A DNA stretch of 42,724 bases from Bugula neritina. Its lineage: Eukaryota; Animalia; Bryozoa. The notes under the pieces were generated by a model. That model ran no database searches, was not told where the DNA came from, and was given only the letters and a program-made list of their open reading frames with translations. A program made the position numbers and the translations under genes. The DNA lies in NCBI GenBank assembly GCA_964035545.1, contig CAXIUT010000184.1:1-42724 (forward strand), given 5' to 3'. Every line of letters starts with the position of its first letter. Positions within the stretch are counted from its first letter, which is position 1. Shown one piece after another: positions 24,401 through 36,000 of this stretch.

Positions 24401-27400
24401 CTTGTTTTGGGGACTAGGTATGTGCAGTCTACGAGGAATTCAAACATAAACCCTAAAAAACACATCAATGATGTCTTTGCATAGAAATTAGATCTGCCAG
24501 GATAGCTCAATGAACTCTACTTAACTGAAGACAACGAATGGGTGTATTGGGACTCGTTAAAGTAGGATTTTCAAAATAACAAATAATCTATTCCTTTTTA
24601 CCAGATTTGGGTGCCAACTGCTAACAACACTAAATTGCTGACTTTGATGGTAAAACTAATCTAACAAAATAAACTCTTTGATAGTATACGGCACTCAAAG
24701 TGGAAAATCAACTCTCCTCAACTAGATATCATGTTTCTAGTTGACCTATAACAGCTTTTTAGTTGACTGCCATAGCTATACTAGTACTTATCATTTAGCA
24801 GCACTAACTCGAGGGAAAGCTCTCTTTGGTGAGAATAGTAAAAATTTAATACTTGTCGATGACTTGCATCTCCCCAGCACTGAAGTATGTGGAGTACTGA
24901 GGACATTTATCTAAAGAGGATATTGTCCAAATTCTTCATCTACTGGCAAACTAAATGAATACGTGAATCAGTTATCAATAATAGCTACTTGGAAAGGTGG
25001 CAGTGGATAAGACAATAGATGTTTTTGGAGGTTGCTAGGTCGTTCTATTCCAATCCATCTTTAAAAAATTCTAATAAAAATAAATATAATTCATCTTCAA
25101 GACCTACCTAACTTGTCTTTTCTAATCTAAATAATCAACCATCTAGACCTTCAAAATGTAAACAATGATAGTCAATTTTTGTCTACACACCATGAAGGTG
25201 TTTCCTGCAATAGCTGCCAAACACATAAGGATGTTAATATAAAGTTTATGTCAGGTAGATATAGGCAAAGGATAGAAACATTTGCTTGAGCATTTACTAG
25301 TATAGAGTGAATCTATTATCTCTGAGGTAGTTGTCAATCAGTAAAACACATATTTCAGACATATGAGTCACTACTTTAGTAAATTTTTATCAATCCAACT
25401 CAAAAACCAACTATAACTAAAACTAATATCCAACAACTACGTCTACGACATCAAATAAGTATAATAAGACAAAAAAAACAACCATATAGTCGACCACCTA
25501 ATGGATGCAAAAAACTATTACAAAAAGTAATGCACAACTATATATATCTGATGCTCATGTTCGCATTTTATAGAAACTTATTTGGTCGTTAAAAAAATAA
25601 TAACGGGCATGTGATGTTGGTAGGCAAAAATGGTCTAGGTTGTGGTACGCTAGGAAGAATGGCAAGTAGTTGATAGATATTGAGATAAATGATATTAAAA
25701 ATATGTCTGTAAGTGGGTTGCTAGAGTAAGTAGTGAAGGTTTTGAAGACTGGAGGGAAAGTTGATTAATGTGTCAATATCATCAACCATTAAATAGTTTA
25801 AAATCAACCAGATTTAATCAAATTAGTTCATTCTTATTGTTTTCACCTTAGTTCCATTAATGTTTTGGGACAAATCCTTATGGAACAAATCATCAATCCT
25901 TCAATTCTTAAAAGAAATTTTTGAAAAAGAATGTCAAGAAATCATAACTAATCAAAAAAATAAGATAAAAGTTTAATAGCATCTATCACTTCTGCATCTG
26001 TCTATCAAGACAATCATATACCAAACTTATCAAAGACTATCCCAAATTTATAGCAATTAGAGTTATTGAAGTTAATGATTGGCCTCTTGAAGCTGTATCT
26101 GTAGTTAGTAACGATTTATAGCATAAAAAACCTGATTAAATGTTTCAAGTCATTACTAAAGTTTAAGAAGAATTAAGGTCTTTAGAGGTATATGGTAGAT
26201 CTCAAACTACTTCACCTTTAAATGTAATGAAATTATACTAAAAAGTAATGAAAATTCTTCAAGCCAAGACTAATTGTAATGATAATAGCTAAATGTGGTC
26301 TAAAAGAATTAAATTGAACAAGTAAAAAGTAGATAATTTGGAAAGTTAAAAGAAATATATGAAAGTCAGCATCATCAATACTTCTAAACTCTTAAAGGAC
26401 TGAATGAGTCAATATCTGAAGCGAATTGTTAATGCTAAAAGAAGAAAGAGAATAGAGATCAACTATAAATAGATTTAGCTCAAGCCAAAGAGCAATGCAG
26501 GTGTTTGAAATAACAATTCTAGAAATCAGATAGTGCCTTGAAATAAGAATATAGAGTATTCATATAGAACAACAGACAGGACATAATCTAATAGGCTCGA
26601 TCTTATCTCAACAGTCAGGAGTTTATTGACTTGACAACTGCTTATGAATATCCTGTATAAACAGCCAATTCACAGGTAATAGAGCTCATACATCAATTTT
26701 AAACTGATTATTTCAACAAAATACCTAATGAATGCTCTCATTTAGGCATTCTAAGTTAGCTAGTAGAAAAATTTAAAGGAAGAATGCAAGAACAATTTAA
26801 AGCTCAAGAGTAGCTTAGTTCTAAACTATGCCATTATTCAAGCATAGAGGACAAGATGCAGGAATACCGTGAGGGCATTTGTGATCTTGAAGACAAAATG
26901 AGTGATTTAAAGGAATAAGAAACAGCTTTAAAGTAATCAAGAGCTCCCTCAATGAAAGGTTATGATGATATTGTCAAAAAAATAACCCAATATGAATCAG
27001 TGACCAATATTCTATTGAAGTACTAATATGTTCTTAAATCTCAAAACGATTCCATCTATCAGCTACCTACTACTCTTAGTGGAACTGCTATCTTAATGAC
27101 ATACATCCTGGCTTATGCTCCTTTGCTTCAATAAAAATAATTAGATCATTTTTGTGAGAAAGTTGTTACCAAGTTGAAAGAAATAAAGGTGGAGGTGTCT
27201 TTGGATGGAGTTTAAAGCATTTTTGGTTGCAGGGTAACAATTGAAGTTGACTTATAAGTATTTATCTGGGATCGAATAATGGATAAATTCGCTTATTTTT
27301 GGATCTGTAGGTCATAGTATAGTCGTAGTTGGAGAGATAGAGAGAGTAGCTACATGGGTTAATAGAAATTATGAAGGTAAAAGTGGAATATGGGTTGAAA

Positions 27401-28649
27401 CTATTCAATAAATCAGATAGTTTATCCAAAAAGACCAAGTAATCTATATTAATAATGCTGATTACGAACTAGTGGCAAAGATATCTTCTTATTGAACCAA
27501 AATATTGGAATAAATAGTAGTGTTAGAGGTTTAAAAGTTGATGATGAGTAGATAAGTATCCATGAAGGTTGCAAAATAGTATTTGTTTACTAAGCTTTGT
27601 AAAAAGTGCAAGTTCAGTAATAGAAAGTGGGTTATTTATTTTGAAAGTGTTTAATAGATAGAGAAGAGGAATAAAGATGATGCTTGAAGAAAGATTGATG
27701 AAAAAGGGAGAAGTTGGGAGAAGAAGTGAGTTAATGCAATCAGTATTCAAAGAAAGGGAGTAGATGGTGACAATAGATGAGAAAATGCATTCGATTATTA
27801 GCAAGATGAGGAAGGAAAATGTAGTTAGTGAGATTATATTTAAGAAGATTTAAGAAGAAGGTGAACATAAGATAGCTACTAGCAAGAGAATGGAAGGATA
27901 TAAAGAAGAATTAATGAAAATAGGCACATATTTGTAGAACTATGAGAGTTTTGTTGATGAGATATAGTTGGTTTATAAAGAAATAAAAAAGGATGTGAGT
28001 ATAAATCGTTTTTATCTGTTTTGGGAATGTTCTTTTAACTACTTTAGAGCATTTAATAAGTACCTGTTGAAATAAAGAACTTTTTCTAGACTATTTTAGG
28101 TCAAAAAGAGTGTATTAATAAAAATAACTTGAAAATGTATGATAAAATAATAGCAGAACTAATGGTTAAATAAAAGATGATGTTAGTCGTCCCTGATTTA
28201 TCTGTCGGATTGAACTACCTTAAAAGATATGTGAATCTAATTGCCACTAAACATCTTCAATTTCATCAAATTATGCTGTTAACGAGTTGACTGATAATTT
28301 GAATTTATCTACACTTGGTATTGAGGAGTAGACAGATTCTTTGCTTGCTTTATTTGAAGGTCACTAGCAGAAAATAAAGAAATCCAAGTTGGGAGTTATT
28401 ACTCTGTAATTTATAGACATTCCTGCTTCTCTTAAAACTGTTTTTACTATTATGAAAATAAAGAACCCATATGTATTGTTTGGCTATGAATCGTAAATGA
28501 ATCATAAGTTGCTGTGTTTGGATAGACAGATGAGTTTATATGAATTTAGAACCAACTATGAAGCAGTATTAGGCAGTATTAAATCAGATGGGGATGTGAC
28601 AATTGAAAAGCAGTTGAAAGAATGGTGTAATTTCTATATTGATTATTGA
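18463..28649 (+). CDS. Highly divergent inner-arm (DNAH3/7/12-type) dynein heavy chain-like protein with degenerate motor; possibly a pseudogene
   Basis: Tail: VAPL..., YKKAVLDYILKD, VPRVE, PNYQLW, NPGLKDRHW, IDHHLTKT..NSPF. Linker: FTRLYFL, CFTGI. Collinear but eroded AAA motifs: YEYIG, EMPDGV..MRTV, VVGEQSGKS, GTQSGKST, VDDLHLP, HVMLVGKNG.G, DWPLEAV. Intron 18724-18743, telomeric tract 22015-22053, several apparent indels; end approximate. Confidence 0.78.
18724..18743 (+). other. 20-nt intron
   Basis: gtacatatatgactatatag; removes an in-frame TGA and leads into a long open frame. Confidence 0.75.
22015..22053 (+). repeat. Internal (GGGGTT)n telomeric tract, 39 nt, inside the dynein-like ORF
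   Basis: Perfect G4T2 run ending TTGGG; in frame, reads (WG)6W. Confidence 0.95.
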
Positions 28650-28798
28650 TATCATATAAATATCTTCAATTAACCATTATATCAATCTATATTAAGTCAT
28701 TATTTAAAATATTTAAATCAATATTGTTTTAATACTTGTTGGTGAATATGATAGATGAGATAAAAAGGGGTATAAGTTATTAATAAAATTAACATTAT

Positions 28799-29600
28799 AT
28801 GTAAGAAACACTTTTATTCACCACATAAATACAATAGCCTCGTCCCAACACCACATCTCGCTCTAAAAGAACATAGATCACACCTTACTATGCTCTCAAA
28901 CAAACCAAGTATGAACTAAGATAGGCACAAAAAAAAATTAGAATAACAAATGGGTCTCACCCACAAAGTCAAAAGATCCCTAGAAACAGTTACCCATCGA
29001 TCACTCATCAAAAGAATATAATTCATGAAAGTATATAACAACAAGAAAGCTATGCACAACGATCGTTAACTCCAGACCACTCGTCAGCAGTAGCGATAGA
29101 AGTTATTTCGGAAGTCAATAGATACGGTAAAGAGGAAGAAATTATAATCCTAGTTAAAGCATATATTGCATCAGAACGATGAAGAAGACAATATATATCA
29201 GATGCAGCAAATGAATAGAAAAAAGAAAGAGGTAATTCTTAGTTGATTTAGGAATATCATAAAGAATTGCAGATGGTGCGTTCAAAACAAGCTCAATTAT
29301 CATGATTAAATCAAACAACGGAACAACTAGTTCATGATTCGCAAAAAGAATATGCATACTAGCCTGACCATGCGCTCTAGAAATAACTATTGCCAAAAAG
29401 TGCAGCAATAACTAGAGTTGATCAACCAATATGAGGTAAAAAATGATTAATATAGAATATAATGCATGATGTTTAAACTTTTATTGGAGTTTAGCCGGGA
29501 AAAGAAAGTTCTACTTTATGCTAGACTGTCGATAGAGGACCTGCTGTATTTTTGACTAGTTAGAAATACCATTCAATGATAATATAAAATCAATAAAATA
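28799..29600 (+). CDS. Hypothetical coiled-coil protein (end approximate)
   Basis: MEETLLFTTEIQEPRPNT...; charged helical composition; two 20-nt GT-AG introns; probable indels near 28935 and 29275. Confidence 0.55.
29232..29251 (+). other. 20-nt intron
   Basis: gtaattcttagttgatttag; contains an in-frame TGA. Confidence 0.7.
29436..29455 (+). other. 20-nt intron
   Basis: gtaaaaaatgattaatatag; contains an in-frame TGA. Confidence 0.7.
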
Positions 29601-29674
29601 AATATAAATATTATTGATGATTAAAATATATTAAAACTATAAATAAAATATATTTTTTGAAATAATTGTTTTAA

Positions 29675-29742
29675 GGGGTTGGGGTTGGGTTGGGGTTGGG
29701 GTTGGGGTTGGGGTTGGGGTTGGGGTTGGGGTTGGGGTTGGG
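29675..29742 (+). repeat. Internal (GGGGTT)n telomeric tract, 68 nt
   Basis: G4T2 run with one G3 unit; ends TTGGG. Confidence 0.95.
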
Positions 29743-29934
29743 CATTAGATCAATATTTAAAACAATCTAACTCACTCATCAGGTTATCATAATCCTAATA
29801 ATAATTCTCAAAAATAAAAAAAAATACTATCATCAACTCTTATTACGTTATAATTTTAGATTAGTATAAATATTTCAAATTGATTTTATTTAAGAGTTTT
29901 AGAGTTCTTATAAATTTTATCTAACTACCATTAA

Positions 29935-30003
29935 GGGGTTGGGGTTGGGGTTGGGGTTGGGGTTGGGGTTGGGGTTGGGGTTGGGGTTGGGTCTGGGGTT
30001 GGG
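29935..30003 (+). repeat. Internal (GGGGTT)n telomeric tract, 69 nt
   Basis: G4T2 run with one imperfect unit; ends TTGGG; abuts the dynein reading frame. Confidence 0.95.
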
Positions 30004-33000
30004 ATCAGTCAATAAAAATACTCTTGCTCATCGTCTCTTCGATACTCCTTCTCTCAGAGGACAATCCCAACGAAGACCACGCATCTTCTCCAATGAAACC
30101 AATCAATCAAAACTCACTCCTACGATAGTCAAAGAATATCAGACCAAAAAACAAGCAGAACAGCTTCCTCCCATCGAGGCCTACCCCAAAAAAGGTCGAA
30201 TGATGACGTAGGAGTCCGAAGTATAATACCTTTAAAACTAAAGAATCACCACTATAAGAAAAAACTGGGCCTAAAATAACTAAAAAAACCCATCACTTTA
30301 CCAGGCAAAAGTCAAACAAAATTTTACCAAAGCAAGTACTTAATATTTAACTAAGGAGCTATTTAGTCGAGAATGAATAGAACCATAACTGAATCAAAAC
30401 ATGTAATAAATTTGATGGATAGAATGAAGGGACAATTCGCTGCTGATAGACAAAGCAGATTATAGAATTAGTCTCCTCAGCTGGATCAAAAATAAAGCAG
30501 AGTTTCATAAAAAGATTTGAAGTAGAAGATGAGAAGAGCAATTGATCAAAAGGGATCGATAAATATGTAGAATTCAAAGGAAATAGATTTATTTATTTTT
30601 ATGGCAGAAGATGGTAAAATACCTGATTACTAATTCTACTACATGGTCAAATAAGAAAGCAATGACTACTATAACATGGATATCGTTACCTATCAAACAG
30701 TAACAAAGAAAAAGTTGAATTAGTATTATACTTTATCAGGACATGGAGTTACCAAATACGAGGAATCGAGGCCTGTAGAATTTATAAATTTGACTGAATG
30801 GGATAAATAAAGAAGACAATTTAATTAATTAAAAGAACTACTGTTTTTCAAGAAATTTAGAAAATGGAAAACACTCAAAAAATGGATAACCATTCTTTCA
30901 AGACAAAAAATCAAACGCATCAGAGACGTTCTCTCATAAAATCTATTCATTCTTCACAACTAGTATAGAAGCATGCTCCTAGCACACCATAACATATGCT
31001 ACGATATCTAGCAATTCAAATGTCTATACATACCAACTGAAGCTCTGACCATCGATAACTTCAAAAAATAACAATAAAAAAAGAAAAACTCTCTGATCTA
31101 CAGTCTAAAGCAATGCTCAAGATAAATGCATCGACACACCACGGAAGGACTAAAGATAGTTGTCGAGGAACTGAAGAGTCAAGTGCTTGGAGGATAAGAT
31201 TTCGATCAAGATTAGGAAGAGAAAGATGTAGTAATGGACTAAAAAATATAAGCGTTTGTCTAATTAGGTTTTTCAAGTTCTATTTCATTTGGACATAGAA
31301 GTACAATCAGAACATAGTTTATGAAGTTTCTAAGATTAGCATATCTACTTGATTTTGTCGCTGTTGACTCGCTTGGTAAAATGGTCATGACCAGTCTGCA
31401 AAACTTTATGGACATGCTCTATGGAGGTCGGTTATAGGGAGGAGACAATCGGAGGTACATCTTATAGAATTAACACAAACAAGAATAAATTGATTTAGAT
31501 CTACCTAGTGGTCTAGAAATAGGAACAACTACCAATCCTTAAGGTAAAAATATATTCCAGTAAAATAATGCTAACTATCGACCTATTTTACAACTAGAAG
31601 TTAGTTATAACTAAGACGTTGATCTTTCTTTTCAAAATAATAAAGTTACATTTGACAAAGTCGATGATTCTTTCTTCTGCTTTGATCTTGAAGGATTTGT
31701 TATTATCTAGTAAACTAAAACCTTTATCTATGATTCTGATACCATTCTTTCTTATAGAACTGCTTAAAATGCACCAGGACAAATACTAAAAATAGTTCCT
31801 ACTTAAAAAGACATCATATCTTCATTGATATAATGCGTCACATAGACCCTTGACGCTCTTCAAATTGTATAAAAATGGGCAAAAAATGATTAGTTTACTC
31901 AATATGTACGAGCTCTTGAAGAATGGGACTAAATTATAGGATAATCTTGGGATTCTAATGACGAAAGATACCTTACTATAGTTGGCTGGCTCAGATAGCA
32001 ATCTAAATTTAGAGGATACAAAGGGTATATTCGTTCAAGTGTAGGTCGTACTTTCGAAACAGTGCAGACATTTATCAATCAGCATGCTGATCTACTTTCA
32101 TACTTTTAAAGAAACAAGAGAAGTTAGTTATAAATACTTACAGACAATCGAGTTCAAGACCAGATAACTGTCTTTTAAACAGTCCATGATAAATTCAATC
32201 ATTCAGAAGAATACATGCAGACTTATCTACTAGAAAGAGCAGATATTTATATCTTTGCTGTTGAGATGAACCATATGAGAAGCAAGTTGTTGCAAGATCA
32301 AGGAAAAATTCTTAAAAATTTAAGTATAATCTACATGAAAATGGTCAAATAACGAGGAATTGATTTGAGATCATGGTTAACAACTTCAGTTCAAGAGCTT
32401 ACTGGTCTAATTATCAGGATAGAATAGTTTGTAGTACTAAAAAATAATTTTGATAGGATAGGTCGAACAATAAGTGATAAAAAGGATCAAATATCAACTA
32501 TGGCAAGAGTGATATTTTTATTATAAGGAGGCAAGCATTCAAGTATGCTAACAAAATAAGATAAAGATATTGTGACTGATCTTAATACTTTGGCTTCTAA
32601 TCTTGGACAAACTTTAAATGATGTATAAAATCAGATGCCTAAATATGTCTAGCGTTTCAAAAAAGAGATAAAAGGAACGTTATAAAGGTTTTAAAAAGAA
32701 TCATAGGAATTGAAAGATACCATTGGTCAAGATCTGTTCAATAAAAACACAAATGTTATAAACTAAGCTGCATTGAAATTAAACTAGCTATAAACCAAAC
32801 TACTTTCACTCGAATAATATACTAGAAAACATAGACAGTATGAAGAAGTTCTAGATTTTACTGATTACACCAACTTCAAAGACTTCAGATAACTCAAAAC
32901 GGGCTTTATCTTAAGACAAAAAATATTCAATGGAATCATCGATCTCTAAAAGCATAGCAAGGAATGGAACGAGTGGAAAGTCATGCAGATATAAGTCAAA

Positions 33001-36000
33001 TAGTTATCAACAGTTTGCGATAAATATATGAAAGATCTTCTTTCAGCAGAAAGAGGAGTATCTTAGAACCAAGCTCTTCCAGTTTTCAAAAAGAAGCTCT
33101 TCATTTTTAAAGACGCAATTCCAGTGATAACATCAATTCGATGCCCATACCTCTAAGACACAGATTTCAAGACCCTATAGCATCTATTAAGAACGGACAT
33201 ATCACTAAAATAGAATGAATAGTTAACTTTATAGCAATTTTTAGGATTACCTTTCCAAGAAGCGCAAGAGGAGATAATGAACGTGGCAACAACTGCAACT
33301 CAATGTTACTATTTACGTCAAGATTTAGACAAATTTTAATCAGAATGGATGAGTCAATAGATAAAGTTAAAACAATTCAAATAAACAAGCGATATCATCA
33401 TTCTTTATTAAGTAGAATAACTGACAGCTAAATTAGATTAATCTATGGCGATAGTCAGTAATTTACTATCAAATAGATATATTACACATTTGAGGGAAAG
33501 AGCTGATAAGTTAAATAATTAAATATTGTTGGCTCAATAAATTATTTAAAAATTGGTTTAATCTCAAAGAAAATGGGTCTATTTATAAAATATCTTTGCT
33601 GCACAAGATATCAAAAAACAACTGATGGTTTAGGCAGGATATTTTACTCAAGCCGATAAGTTTTTAAAAGGATTGACTAAAAAATCAATAGCAAGACCTC
33701 TCTTAACCAGACTGATTAAAAATACTAATTTACAAGAACTGACTAAAAATTTATAACTTCTATAATAGATATAAAAAAAATTATAAGACTATCTATAAGT
33801 CAAAAGAAGACTCTTCTCAAGGTTCTACTTTATCTCCAATGACTAACTAGTATAAATATTGGCTAACTCCAACAACATGCAAGTCATCCAAAAACATATC
33901 AATAAACTATATGAAGGAGTTAGCCAGTTGTACATATAAAAAGATACGCCGTCTACGATTGATGGCTTGATGAGTCCAGAGGAAGAGGTTATCAAGTTGG
34001 TAAATGGAGTTAGCACAAGGTTCAATATTTAGATGTGGCTGGGAACTCTTCAGAAATAGATGGTAGAGAGTATGAAGCGGACAGTTCGCGATGGAAATAA
34101 AGATTTTGTTAATGCTGTTCAAAAAACAAGAGTACAATGGATTCTCAACCATAAAAGTCAAGCTGTGATGACAGATAATCAAATTATCTGGACTAATTAG
34201 TCACAATAAGCCATCAAATAACAAGCATTTCGGAGAGATTCTCTCAGTTCATGGTATTAACTCTTAGTTAAGCAACTCAGCCAGCTAACAGAACTGATAA
34301 GAACTGATCTAAAACCCCTATACCACAAAATAGCTGTTTCTCTTATCACTGCCGACGTCCACAATCGAGACATAATTCTAAATCTAATCAACCAAGATAT
34401 CTAATCCATCTATGACTTCCCATGGCAACAACAACTCAGATACTATATTGAAGATAGCTAGATGTGCATAGTTAGACAAGTTACATCCACGATGGACTAT
34501 GGATACTAATATCTAGGAGCAACTACTCGGCTAGTCATCACGCCTCTCACTGATAAATGCTGGATCACTATTACATCTGCTGTTGCTAACCAACTCGGAG
34601 CATCTCCTGCTGGACCAGCTGGGACAGGAAAAACATAATCAACAAAAGATCTGGCTAAAGGATTGGCAAGGGTCTGTATTGTTTTCAACTGTTCAGATCA
34701 AATAACTGCTCAAATGATGAGTAAATTATTTTCTGGTTTGGCCCAGCAAGGAGCCTGGACCTGTCTCGATGAGTTTAATAGAATAGATATTGAGGTTTTA
34801 TCAGTTATCGCACAACAGCTCTTTTCAATAAGAGTAGGTCTTAAGAAATAGAAAGGATAGGTGTAGATTTAAGGTAAAACACTACCAATAAAAAAGAATT
34901 TTGGAGTATTTATAACAATGAACCCAGGATATGCTGGTCGCACATAACTACCAGATAACTTAAAATCACTATTTAGACCAGTATCGATGATGATTCCAGA
35001 TTATGCAATGATAGCATAGATAATGTTATATGCTGAAGGCTTTCAAAACGCCAATGAACTATCTCGTAAAATGATTCAACTCTACAAATTAGCCTCAGAG
35101 CAATTATCTCAACAAAAACACTATGATTTCGGATTGAGAGCAGTTAAATCATTACTGGTGATGGCAGGCGAGTTAAAAAGATCAGATTCCAAGAGTAGTT
35201 AAGAAGTGGTACTAATTAAAGCTATGAAAGAATCAAATATACCTAAATTTTTACAAAACGACATCTATTTGTTTTAAGCTCTAGTATCAGACTTATTTCC
35301 CAGCATAGCCATCTAAGAAACAGTCAACTAAAAGCTATAAACAGTTACTCACGAAGTAATCTCTTAAATGAAGCTAGGGAACATAAAAAATGTAACAACT
35401 AAAGTATTGCAATTGCATGAAGTAGTAAACATTCGATTTGGATTAATGTTGGTTGGAGAAGCAGCTGTTGGCAAAACAACCATTTATCGTATCTTGAAAA
35501 AAGCTATGAATAAAATACTTGACCTCAATCCAGATGCAGGCAAAAGATATACAAGAGTAGAGGAGAAAGTTGTCAACCCGAAATCAGTTACAATGGGATA
35601 ACTCTACGGCTAAGTCGATCTTCTCTCACAGGAATGGACCGATGGCTTACTATCATCTATCATGAGATAGTGCAATAACGACTAAAACAAAGGAAATTAC
35701 TGGATTACACTCGATGGACCTGTTGATGCCCTTTGGATATAAAATCTTAATACAGTCCTCGATGACAACATGATTCTCTGTCTAGCTAATGGAGAAAGAA
35801 TCAAATTAAGACATCAACTTAGAATGCTTTTTGAAGTGTAAAATCTATAAGCAGCATCGCCAGCCACAGTCAGTCGATGCGGTATGGTCTACATTGGACC
35901 TAATGACAACTATCTATCTCTTATTGAAAAAGGAGTCTCAGAAATGGGATTATAAGAAGATCTCCAAAAACATCTCATCAACAACTGTCTAGGATGTCTG

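Noticed and set aside
12486-26403. TGA read-through (stopless or ambiguous code) suggested by in-frame TGAs near 12486, 18733 and in the divergent dynein
   Set aside because: These are explained by 20-21-nt introns or adjacent indels; conserved Trp and Cys positions use TGG and TGY.
18157-30003. End-to-end fusions of separate nanochromosomes, or Tetrahymena-type 15-bp Cbs elements
   Set aside because: No C4A2 tract follows any internal G4T2 tract, the dynein-like ORF is collinear across 22015-22053, and no Cbs match was seen by eye near the tracts.
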